A stretch of 62,986 bases of DNA, the filler included, from Octopus bimaculoides (lineage: Eukaryota): assembly GCF_001194135.2 (NCBI RefSeq). It is 5 parts of 5 records of this genome, joined end to end, with 100 filler letters (N's around TTAATTAATTAA, not from the genome) between each part and the next. Parts side by side here need not be neighbours in the genome. Positions count along the whole stretch, not along the records: positions 39,171 to 55,159 come from NC_068985.1; positions 55,260 to 62,986 come from NC_068997.1; 3 more parts are not named here. One strand, 5' to 3'. Below the pieces are notes generated by a model. That model did no database searches and was not told where the DNA came from. It was given only the letters and a program-made list of their open reading frames with translations. The position numbers and the translations under genes were made by a program. Below, one piece after another: positions 51,126 through 62,986 of this stretch. Each line of letters starts with the position of its first letter. Within the stretch, counting starts at the first letter, position 1.

Positions 51126-53417
51126 CTAAGTGAAGGAATGGCACAATGCATTTCTCCTGGTGTGCTACTTTACTAGTTCGCCATCTTAACTTCAACAAGT
51201 ATTCAAAAGAGTCCTCTGTGTCTATCTTTTTCTCTGACAAAATAAGCAGTTATGATTCTTCATTTGTAAAATGATGCAGGATCCTGTTAATGAAATTGCA
51301 ATACTGGAAACCATTCTGTACTTTCAGAATGTATCTGAGTGTCACAAGATCGTCACCGTTTTCACTTTCATCTTCACCAGAATAATTCAACGTGAAATGG
51401 ATTAATCATCACCAACGAAATTTTGCAATGTGCAATATGTTGTCACCTTTACTCAATTCGAATTGTCCTTACGGTAGATGTTACTTTTAGACCTGGACTT
51501 GTTAAGCTTATTACGTATACAAGGGGTCAGCGATAGATAATCGGTGTAAGAACTTCTTAATCTGGTCACTATCTAGATTTCGTTTCTGAACACTGGCAGT
51601 TCGAGTGTCTGATAGTGCTGTATCCTTTCTCCATATCATGCAAATCCTATCGAATGTGTACCGTGATCTTTCTATTTTCAATGGTCTTTCCCCTGCACGT
51701 TAAGTTTTATTTTGCTGATGATATTACAATGCCGCCACCCCACCGTTCTTATTATTGTAGCTTTCCAAGCCTAACACTGCTCCAGGCATATTTTAATGCC
51801 CAGTTACTTTTCTCTTTCTTTACATCAAGCTAAGGCTTCCATTGGAATAAGCAAAAAATAGTTTTCGCAATATATTATATAAACGTGATTGTGCAAATAA
51901 GAGGAACCAATTTTCTTTTAATATATTTTAAACAAATCTCGTTGATTGAAGTCGCCAGGCAGCTGGCGAAATATTTTTATTGCATTTGATTATTGAAAAC
52001 ATATTAAAGTGAATCACACCCCAAGGTCGTATTCATTGTTCTGCTACATAAAGCAGATCACTATAACATTTCAAGTAGCAGTAAATACTTGGAAACATTT
52101 GATACTAATGCCTAAAATTTAAACATTTCATTGCTTGGGAACTCAAAATACCATCACAATATTTTTTTTCGTTTCATAACAATTCAAATAGGTGATTGCC
52201 AAATAGCATGAATGTAGGAATCTATTTTACATTTAATCCCAAATGTATAAAAATGGAAAATATTTCCCGTACTCATATTTTTATTAGTTTCAAGCCAAAT
52301 ACGACAATAATATGTACTTTTGCTCATCCAGGTTATTTAATATTCTGAGATTATATGCATTGGAAACGAACTAAACATATAAGTAGTTTGACAGTAAATG
52401 TCTCTTGTGGTGTTTCAGTCGTTCATGCACGATGTAATTCAATTTAAAATTAAAATTTACATTGAAAGTATAAAATATTTATGTTCTATAGTTATTATTA
52501 ATTTTTTTTTTTGGAATTTATTGCATTTTATCATCGATAATACAGAATGTTCTCAGATAAATGAATTACACGCGTTTCTATTTAAAACTCACGAAAACAA
52601 TCATAAAAAAGCACTCCCAGTATTATTCCTGGTTACTAAAATAAACTGGTAAACGATTTTACAATTATCATCTTTTATTTCGACGAGTGTCTAATCACGA
52701 TATAAACCTTAGGTCAAAATCACCATTTGCTCTTAATACTTGCGCATTTTAATCTTCACTACAATGACGTGTAATCATGGACGAGAAAAGTTCAAGAATA
52801 AACCTATTATTTTATAATCCTGTTTTTATTCAAAGTGGATAATTAAGCCACACGGAAATTACATTAAATAAATAAGGTCTCATATATTAAAAGATTCAAA
52901 CATTAACCAATGTACTCAATATCTAGTGAAATCTTCGACTGAGTAAAATTTTAAGCATAGATGGAGTAGTGACAAATGAGCACTAATCAAAGTATTGTGA
53001 ACATGTCTGAAAATGGTTGAAATTCAATAACTTAATTGGTACATCATCTGTTCCGGAACTCACAAGTGCATCCAACGTATCCACAAGTAATAATTCTAGG
53101 ACACAGTGACATGTAACATAAATTGGTGGCGGCCTCATGTGTTTTCAATCAAATATAGTGAATTTTCCTTTCTGTGACTCGCCATACGCATTTTAATGTT
53201 AACTTGAATTACTATCAGGTTCAACGGTGCATTATGTTCCGTCTCTCGAACGAAACTCTCGGGAACGTTTTAATCTGAAGTTTCCTTCGTGGTCTACCTA
53301 ACGCAATGTCAAGGAATCCAATGGTGTTTTGTTGCTTCGGGTAAATTGTGTAGTAATATATATTTTACGTAATGTTGCAATTCGGGACGTTCATTTTTTT
53401 TCTTTTGCTTTTTGGAG

Positions 53418-53661
53418 CAAATAAACACACGCATTATATATTTGTTTTCCACTGGTTTATTATATTCCATATTTGAACTCATGTCCATTGTCCGGAAATT
53501 TTTCGTTACAAGTATGTGATCTCTTTAGCGAAACTTCATTTTCCTGTGTGCTCTTCCTCCACTTATTCCATTCTGATTTTCTTCTGTAAAATGGACATGA
53601 GTTAAAATAAGAACACTAATAAACGAGTACACAACAAATACATAGTGCGTGTGTTTATTTG
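53418..53661. repeat. Inverted repeat (arms ~53418-53489 and ~53590-53661)
   Basis: caaataaacacacgca.tat.tatttgtt...tttatta...aactcatgtccatt vs its reverse complement. Confidence 0.78.
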
Positions 53662-55159
53662 GCAAAAAAAAAAATAAGACATGACCATCCCGAAATACAA
53701 CAATATCTATTTTAATACACCATTTCACATCAGGAATCTTGCAACACATATTGATAAACGTATATTTTACATATTTTCCACTGTGGAGGTTGCAAGATTA
53801 GCTATTTTGGCAACAGTACATACATTTTCCCACACATGAATCTTAACGTCGAACGTTATACCCGTAGGAAAATTTATTGCAATATTGCCTGCGCTCCAAT
53901 TTAAAGATTTCTTGTCACACACATTGAATAGTTACGAGGGAAATCTAATCGCAAAATTAGTAACAAGAAAAATGACAACAAATATTAAAAATGTAAAACT
54001 AGAAATAGTTAGTGATGTTCTGCTTCAAGAAAACGATCGGATAAAATCATGTGTAATATTTAAAATGATAAACGGAAGAGAAAACAGGATTGACGTAGAA
54101 GCATGTAACATTTGCTAAAAAGTACTAGCAAGACATGGGTGAGTAGAATTCGTGCATGTAAAAAACAAGGTCAGAGTATGCAAAAACTAGAGTGAGCAAG
54201 CCCTGGAATATGCATCCAGAGCAACATACACGATTGGTTGGGTGAAATTCTAAGTGTTGCGTTGTGTTAATACCTTTTGGAAATTACATTTCACGATTTT
54301 AGTTTTGAAAATAAATAAAATTTATCTGACATATACACTAGACACATTTAATTGAGGGAAGAACTCGCAGGCTCTATCCTGAAATTAATTGAGATAGTGT
54401 ATCTTGCCGAACAAAATAAAATTCGTAAATATGCTGCATCCACACACATACACTCACACATACACAAACACAAACACGCGCACGCAGTGTAGTTGGGACA
54501 GCAAACGTTATGGCAGACTTTTCTGAAATACAAAATGTGAAATTTTTTTGCTTCCTGCATTACAACGAGGGAGCGTTCCATCCTTGTTACAAACATATTT
54601 ACAGACATGCACATATATATATGTGTGTGTGTGTGTGTGTATATTGTATACGTCCGTGAGAGTGCCCTCGTGTGTGTGTCCTCATCTCTTACAATGTATC
54701 TGTTCATAAAATGGAGTAAATGTATGTGAGAATATATTTCTGACTATCACCATAGAAACATTCCGATGTCATTTATATATTATCCTTATTCGACAGTCGC
54801 TAACACTTTAAATGTTTGCAAGACTTAAGTGCAAATAAAAAGAATAGGGATTGTTGGCCAAATATTTGATTAAAGATTCGATGCCGATTGCATCTTCCTT
54901 AATATATCAATGTCACTCTTCTGGCAACAGTATCACTTTGAATGAGATTGAAATCCCAATACTTCTAATATTTCCATCCTCATCTCGTGATAAAAGCAGA
55001 TCCATGCATAGTAAAAAAATGATTAAAATATTTAAAATAGATTATTGAAGAACGTTTGTAATATAAGAAATTGATACATGACAAACTATAAACTATACAG
55101 AAAATATAAGAAACAACTGATTGTTTATACTTACATACATGCATACATGTATATATATA

Positions 55160-55259
55160 NNNNNNNNNNNNNNNNNNNNNNNNNNNNNNNNNNNNNNNNN
55201 NNNTTAATTAATTAANNNNNNNNNNNNNNNNNNNNNNNNNNNNNNNNNNNNNNNNNNNN
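55160..55259. other. Artificial 100-bp scaffold spacer
   Basis: 44 N + TTAATTAATTAA + 44 N. Confidence 0.95.
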
Positions 55260-55535
55260 ACATACATAGATTTATAGTATGTATATGTGTCTGTGTGTAT
55301 AAATATGTGTGCGTTTGTGGATGCAGCTATCTACACTGACATATCTATCTATCTATCTATCTATCTTGGAATCACTATAAAGAAGCCTTTCTGTGCATAT
55401 ATCTACACATATATATCAGCATGTGCTCTCACAATACAATCACACGAGTGCACACGCACACGCACAAACACTCACGCAATTAATTCACAGATTCATAAAT
55501 TCAACGCACACGCTAAAACAAACATTGCACGCGCA

Positions 55536-55580
<45 letters not shown>

Positions 55581-55843
55581 ACGTTAATAGAAATAGGTAC
55601 TAAGATGCAGTTCAGGTGTGCTGTTAGGAAGTTCTCGACACAACCACTTGGTTTTGGCTTCGTTCCAGTAAAGCAAACCCTTGGGCAAATGTCTTCTACT
55701 AAATATTCGTGTTCATTGCATTGTGAGGGTAATTGGATTTTCTATGTAGAAACTCTGGCATATAAATACATACGTACATACACACACTCACTCACACACG
55801 CACTCGCATTCATACATACATACACACCAACACAAACACACCC

Positions 55844-55877
<34 letters not shown>

Positions 55878-55881
<4 letters not shown>

Positions 55882-56086
55882 TTGTATATGTGGATTCAGA
55901 AAATCGTGTCGCTATGACAAAAAGCTCCACTTCGGGCCTCGGTTATCAGTCCATATAGAAATCAATTCCAAATGATTGTAATATAGAGTGTCCATGTAAC
56001 TGGAAAATCTAGACAAGTCCGAAGGATGGAATTATTTCAGGAGGAGAATATTGAAGTGTTTTGTGTGGCCATGTTGNNNNNNNNNN

Positions 56087-56132
<46 letters not shown>

Positions 56133-56327
56133 TTGTATATGTGGATTCAGAAAATCGTGTCGCTATGACAAAAAGCTCCACTTCGGGCCTCGGTTATCAG
56201 TCCATATAGAAATCAATTCCAAATGATTGTAATATAGAGTGTCCATGTAACTGGAAAATCTAGACAAGTCCGAAGGATGGAATTATTTCAGGAGGAGAAT
56301 ATTGAAGTGTTTTGTGTGGCCATGTTG
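55878..56327. other. Exact ~200-bp tandem duplication across an 11-N gap (probable assembly overlap artefact)
   Basis: ~55878-56076 appears identical to ~56129-56327; first copy ends exactly at the gap. Confidence 0.8.
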
Positions 56328-56744
56328 TTCCGATGAACTGGTGCGTTAATTCGGGAATTTACGTTTGCGAATAATGGCGAAGAGCATACATATTAATACA
56401 AACATGTACGCATAATTTCTTCCATACTGAAAATAATTCTACATCAAGATGGTCGCGAGAAGGTGGTAACCCGGTGGAAGTCACGTGGTTAAATGAATAT
56501 CTATCGACCTCGTATTGCTCCTGATACATATATGCAATACACACATACCTACATAAATGCAATTATACATACATCTATACATACATATATACATACATAC
56601 ACACGCACATATGTATATATACTTGAATATAACTATATATCTATGTATATATATATTGTCTATGTTTTTGTAAAATTTTCTGGAGGTTTTTTTTCGGTTT
56701 TTTGTTAAATCTTCGATATGTATATATTCTTTTATTCTTTTTTT

Positions 56745-56991
56745 ATTCTTTTACTTGTTTCAATCATTTGACTGCAGCAATGTTGAAGCACCACCTTTAG
56801 TCGAGTCAAATCGACCCCAGGACTTATTCTTTGTAAGCCTAGTACTTATTCTATTGTCCCTTTTGCCGAACCGCTAAGTTACGGGGATGTAAACACACCA
56901 GCATCGGTTGTCAAGCGATGTTGGGGGGGGGCACAAACACAGATACACAACATATACATACACACATACATATACATATATACGACGGGCT
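56745..56991 (-). mobile_element. SINE family A tail half
   Basis: ttttacttgtttcaatcatttgactgc...gaccccaggacttattct...gccgaaccgctaagttacgggg. Confidence 0.85.
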
Positions 56992-57106
56992 NNNNNNNNN
57001 NNNNNNNNNNNNNNNNNNNNNNNNNNNNNNNNNNNNNNNNNNNNNNNNNNNNNNNNNNNNNNNNNNNNNNNNNNNNNNNNNNNNNNNNNNNNNNNNNNNN
57101 NNNNNN

Positions 57107-57149
<43 letters not shown>

Positions 57150-58305
57150 TATATGCAAAATTTAATGGATAAGGTAAGGTGGATTAAAATGTATGAAAGG
57201 AAAAAGTGGCATGGAAGTCATATGCAAAGTGGTTACAAATCAGAATACGATGTAGAAAATAACTTATAGCTTATAATCTGTGGACGGAGATGAATATAAA
57301 TCATGCTTATATTAAGGTAATATTATCTGTTATCAGGTTGTGTCCTACCAGCAACAAGTATATGCTTAAACTATATGTTGTTTATTTAGAGCGCTTTGGT
57401 ATGTTGAATGTAACGATGTTATCAAATAAAGATCTCACATATCTTAAAATAACATTACTTTTCACAAGGGTATTTTATATTCATAACGTGTGTGCTTCTG
57501 TGTGTATGTGCGCGTGTGTGTTAGCCACATGTTATATAGAAGGATGCAGCTTTCGTTGAGACGGCATTGTTATTTAGTCAAATGGTGTGAAATTAAATGA
57601 TGTGAGCACGAAAATATCTTAGAATATAAACTAGAATATATATTATTATAAGTTAACTTTGAACTTGATTAAAATAAAATAAAAATGAAGAAAGGGCATG
57701 AGATATTTTAAATATGCTTACATGTTTGTAATGAATACATATGTAAAATTGTATAATCTGGTGTGATTGTTATGTATGAGAATGTGTAATTAAAGGTAGT
57801 AAAGTTGACTATATCAACATGAACTTAATGAAGCGTGATTAGTTTAATGAGAATATGCTGATTGTAAATTCATTAATTAAATGCATATAATACATTAAGT
57901 GGGGGCATTAATTCTAAGTTTAAGCAATTAAACACATTTATCTGCAAGAATCTAAGATCTCGATTTATGAGCTATTGTTGGAAGTTTTCTTTGGTATCTT
58001 ATTACAATGTAGGTAAACTATGATGATAATGAAACATAGTTACTATTACAGGAGTTATGTTTAGATAATGATAAAGAAATAACAGAAAACATTATTTATA
58101 AGAAATTTACTAATATATAAGACAACGTGGATTCGGTAGACGGAAACTGAAAGAATCCCGTCGTGTATATATATATGCATGTGTGTGTATTCATATTTAT
58201 GTACACATTATCTATTTATCTATTTAAATATCTATCTGTGTCTGTCTGTCCCCCTTACTCTTTTTCTCTCTCCCCAGCTTTCTCTCTCTCTCTCTCTCTC
58301 TCTTA

Positions 58306-58338
<33 letters not shown>

Positions 58339-58726
58339 TCTGTCTCTCTCTCTCTTGTTGTTTTCACTGTCCAATTTTTCCTGTCTTGGTTTGTGTTTGC
58401 CACCTTGGAATCCTCTGTGTAGTGGGTTGATCCACTACTCAGGAAGAGACTATTCTAGAGTACGTCTGTCTTATCTTCGAAACGTCAGGTTAGAATAGAG
58501 ACAGCTGATGAAGGAATATTCCAAGTGGCTTTCCGTTTTCCTATGTGTTCGTTCCGTTGTCTGTAGTTCATTGTTCTAACGTCCTTCTTAATTGTTTTAT
58601 GTAACATCTACAACTTTGTGGTTCCTATTTGCGAATGGAACATATGTAACGGCGAATAAATAAAACCCAAAAGTTTTTCAACTTCCCATTTTGTTACATG
58701 TGTGTGTGAGTGTGTGTGTTTGTGTG

Positions 58727-58777
<51 letters not shown>

Positions 58778-59226
58778 ATGTGTGTATGAGTGTGTATCAA
58801 GGACACACACGTAACGTACGCTGTAGTCAGCGAAACTCAAGATGACGTGTATTTAGCCGGGATAAGCAGTTTTATGTGAACATGTTAATAGTTGTGTTTA
58901 TACAGTAATTTTAACATACTATTGTTTCCTCTTCAACAAAGCATCTAAAGAAACCCCCCACAACTACCACTACCACCAACACCAACACCCACATTAGCAT
59001 CAGTGCCAACACCACCCACGCTAAGCCACCATTCTAACAAGATATAAACGAACACCAACAATACGGCAAAATGCCGCAACGACATTTGCCAAATAGTTAT
59101 TTTTACGTTTTCTATTATCCTCTTGCTGGGTACTTGCGCATAATAAAACTCACCACAGTCACACAGACACAGACACAAACATGCATAAACATACATACAT
59201 TTATATATATTTGTATACATACGTAC

Positions 59227-59266
<40 letters not shown>

Positions 59267-59409
59267 CGGGAATGAGAGGGACCGAAATAAATTGAGATAT
59301 TACCACACGTATGCACGATTGCATGCACGCTCTCACACACACACACACACACACGCACGCACACACACACGCACGCACACACACACGCACATATGTATAT
59401 GCAGGATGC

Positions 59410-59455
<46 letters not shown>

Positions 59456-59532
59456 CTATTTAACTGCCTGCCTGTCCGTCTGCTTGTCTCGGTCTCCCTT
59501 CCTGAACATGTTTCTACGCGCGCGTGTGCGTG

Positions 59533-59568
<36 letters not shown>

Positions 59569-60154
59569 TGTGTATTTCTGCGTGTGTGTGTGTGTGTATG
59601 TGTGCTTATCTGCATATAGGTATATGTGTACGCTCATGGGGTGTTCTGAGAAGGATGTATAAATACAGCAGTTTAAAATCTTTGTTGTGATATCGTGACG
59701 TCAATGTAGACTTTAAAATTAAATAGCTTACTTGCAATATGGATACGTTTACACAAGTACGCTAACTATTGTCACCTTATTCTAAACGACACACCGGCGG
59801 ATATATGGGATAACATGAGGTAACGCATTTAATATCCTACTTTATATATATATATATATATAGTATCTTCTAATGCTATATATCTCTTTTCTATATTGTC
59901 CGTTGAGTAAGATTGATGCATGTATAACTGGTTTAAATTATTGCTATATTATTGCTTCGGAAGTCATACGCATTGCTGACATCTTTGAATATGTACGATC
60001 CAGCAATATCACTATCCTCAGCTGAATCTTTTGCACCCATGATAACAGCAAAGGTGACATCAATTTGGTTAATTGCATCCTCGTTGCTCGTTATTTATTC
60101 TTTTTGGTTTAGATCCCTAATATCAATCTCTGGTTTTGAATCGTTTATATTCTA

Positions 60155-60505
60155 CGGGTACTTATTTTAACGACCCAGAAAGGATAAACAACAAAGTAGA
60201 CCTCGACCTAATTTGAACTGAGGACATAACAAGCCTGAAGAAATACTGCTAAGCATTTCGCCCAGCCTACTAACGATACTGCCAGCTCGTATCTTTTGAC
60301 TATAGAAAAAGAATGGCTTCAAATTTTGGTACAAAACCAGCAGATTTTGAGAGGAAGGGGAAGTCGAGTACATTAACCACAGTACTTCACTGGTACTTTT
60401 TTTAACGATTGCAAAAGGATGAAAAGAAAAGCTGACCTCGGCAGAAATTGAACTGAGAATTTAAAATGCTAAGCATTTTGTCCGGTGGGTTACCGATACT
60501 ACCAT
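60155..60505 (-). mobile_element. Two adjacent decayed SINE family C copies
   Basis: gaaaggat..aaagtagacctcg..atttgaactgag (60155-60280) and aaaggatgaaaagaaaagctgacctcggcagaaattgaactgag (60310-60505). Confidence 0.65.
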
Positions 60506-60677
60506 AGTACACTCGTCAAGTACAATGTTGTAAAATGACTCATTTGTATTAATGCCATAAACCTTTTAATTAGTTCGGTTTTATGTTTGATTTGCAAGAT
60601 TTTCGATGGAAATTTGTGTGTTGAAACATATTTTGTTGCATCTTGGGTGAGTCATTTTGCTAGAAATAAACATACGC

Positions 60678-61135
60678 GTAGGAGTGGTTGTGTGGTAAGT
60701 AGCTTGCTTACCAACCACATGGTTCCGGGCTCACTCCCACTGCGTGGCACCTTGGGCAAGTGTCTTCTACTATGGCCTCGGGCCGACCAAAACCTTGTGA
60801 GTGGATTTGGTAGACAGAAACTAAAAGAAGCCCGTCGTATATATGTATATATATATATATATNNNNNNNNNNNNNNNNNNNNNNNNNNNNNNNNNNNNNN
60901 NNNNNNNNNNNNNNNNNNNNNNNNNNNNNNNNNNNNNNCCCCCCCCCCCCAACATCGCTTGACAACCGATGCTGGTGTGTTTACGTCCCCGTAACTTAGC
61001 GGTTCGGCAAAAGAGATCCGATAGAATAAGTACTATGCTTAGATAGAGTAAGTCCTGGGGTCGATTTGCTCGACTAAAAGGCGATGCTCCAGCATGACCG
61101 CAGTCAAATGACCGAAACAAGTAAAAGAGTAAAAT
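60678..61135 (+). mobile_element. SINE family A, complete
   Basis: Head, CORE-like block, microsatellite/gap, tail ending gcagtcaaatgaccgaaacaagtaaaagag. Confidence 0.9.
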
Positions 61136-62617
61136 GGAGTAAGAATATACTCCCACGCAAACATGTTTATGGAAGAGAATGTTTTGTATCCGCTGCTGTA
61201 TAGTCTGTAATATGTGTATCGGTAAGCGTGTATGTGTGTGTGTCCCCCCGCATGTGTGCATTCGGGGATATATTTGTGAAAGTGTGTGCGTGTGTCTTTA
61301 TGTGCTATATATATATATATTAGTTCAATTATACTTCCTGCGCACATTATTTTATGTATTTGTCTAATATGAAATAATTATGAATGTGTTAATATTTATG
61401 CGTAAATATTTGATTTATATGTCCGATATTACACCTTCATCATATTGACCTAGAGGGTACTAATCGATATTTAACACTAATAATACTTGCCACTGGGAAA
61501 CAAATGGATGTTCTTGCGTCATTATATCATTTTATCGATGAGACAGATACGAAACGATTCACACATGTACATGTGTATCTATATGTGTGTGGGCATATAT
61601 ATATATATTACATATATTTGAAAATATGTGAGTATATATGTATTACATACACATACGCATACATATGTTGATATGTAGCTATGTATATATGTATATATGT
61701 ATAGACAGAGCGATAGATAAATAGGTCTATAGATAGACAGGCATCAGACAGACAGATAGACAGATAGATAGATTAATAGACAAATAGATAAAAGGATGTA
61801 CAATATATATATATATATATANNNNNNNNNNNNNNNNNNNNNNNNNNNNNNNNNNNNNNNNNNNNNNNNNNNNNNNNNNNNNNNNNNNNNNNNNNNNNNN
61901 NNNNNNNNNNNNNNNNNNNNNNNNNNNNNNNNNNNNNNNNNNNNNNNNNNNNNNNNNNNNNNNNNNNNNNNNNNNNNNNNNNNNNNNNNNNNNNNNNNNN
62001 NNNNNNNNNNNNNNNNNNNNNNNNNNNNNNNNNNNNNNNNNNNNNNNNNNNNNNNNNNNNNNNATTAATATTTATTTATGTATCGGCCTTATTTATCTAT
62101 TTATATATCTATCTATCTATGTGTTTATTTATGTGTCTATGCATTATCTGATATATTGTTAAATTGTGTAAATAATATCATACAAAATCGAAACCGAACT
62201 TTAGAGAAATCCACTTTATTACTTTATTTGCAATTTAATTAGATTGTTCCTTTTTTCAAAATCTCTTCCTTTTGCTATTGATAAACCACTCAATCATTGT
62301 CTAGCCTAGAAACCCAAGCTTGAATGCATTCTGGGAGTGGATGGGTGTGTTTTGATCGGATATTCTTTGATCTGGTCTTGTATTTGAAATTGGGACGATT
62401 TCAGGGTGCATTTGAGAACTAGAAGGGTATGATCTCAGAGATGAAATCCAGAGAACAGAGAGCAAGAAAAGTCCTTTGGTGATCTGTTACAAATAAAGCA
62501 TTTCTCCATATACATACATACATACATACATACATACATACATACATACATAACTCTATCTATTCCCGGCATGTCCTTCCCTTTTTTTTCTATCTGTCTT
62601 TATGTTTATATATTATA

Positions 62618-62690
62618 CTAGCAGAAATACTCGGCGTTGCCCGGGTTAAAGAGAATGATGAAATCTAAAAACGCCGTCTAGACTACGCAA
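62618..62690 (-). mobile_element. Helitron 3' end (same family as 4042)
   Basis: a|ctagcagaaatactcggcgttgcccgggttaaagagaatgatgaaatctaaaaacgccgtctagactacgca is near-identical to 4041-4112. Confidence 0.85.
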
Positions 62691-62986
62691 CCTTCAACTG
62701 TTAGTAGCTACGATACCATATTTCTACATTAATAACTCTCCAATCCATGCCAGCATGGAACATAGATATTAAGTGGAATGCTAGAAGATAGTTTTCAACT
62801 CATATGTATATAAAGTAAATACACATCATTCAGAAACACGTTTTGTGTATTTTATTTCGTAACCAAACAAACAGGTACAGATTATAAATAATGAAAGGCC
62901 AATTTTGGTGATTCATTTGACAGAGGTAGTAGAGAGACAATGCGATGATAAATCTGAGGTTGGATCTTGAAAGTTTGGATGAATGC

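Noticed and set aside
54850-55000. SDTVARRV peptide resembling a Charlie/hAT transposase
   Set aside because: A single short motif match with a stop nearby; not enough to call.
55878-56327. ~200-bp tandem duplication
   Set aside because: Identical copies flanking an 11-N gap; most likely an assembly artefact.
58440-58530. ttcgaaacgtcagg and ctgatgaagg motifs suggesting a hammerhead
   Set aside because: The motifs are in the wrong order or lack pairing partners; at most a decayed PLE terminus.

Overview
AT-rich, gap-ridden eukaryotic genomic DNA. The SINE families, extreme (CA)n/(TA)n density and R4/Dong, CR1 and Penelope content look like an octopus draft assembly; the species is inferred, not proven. 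I could not support any host protein-coding exon, tRNA, rRNA or CRISPR array. Almost all long ORFs in the track are microsatellite or N-run artefacts. The window is a layered transposon graveyard. It holds a near full-length decayed R4/Dong LINE (28.5-32.3 kb) and a second Dong 3' piece, three CR1 fragments, three Penelope-like (PLE) RT/GIY-YIG remnants and two mariner remnants. It also holds five Helitron pieces, a small Gypsy-type LTR element with tRNA-Trp PBS and 4-bp TSD, a piggyBac-type MITE and many SINEs. The most interesting signal is non-coding: hammerhead-ribozyme (HHR) folds inside foldback or tandem repeats. These include a ~335-bp HHR-bearing tandem unit at two loci (retrozyme/PLE pseudo-LTR-like) and a palindrome whose HHR core has a compensatory A3-U8 pair instead of C3-G8. 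Also notable are a twin-priming-type inversion inside a PLE RT and a SINE/CR1 shared 3' stem-loop. Coordinates of decayed element ends are approximate.
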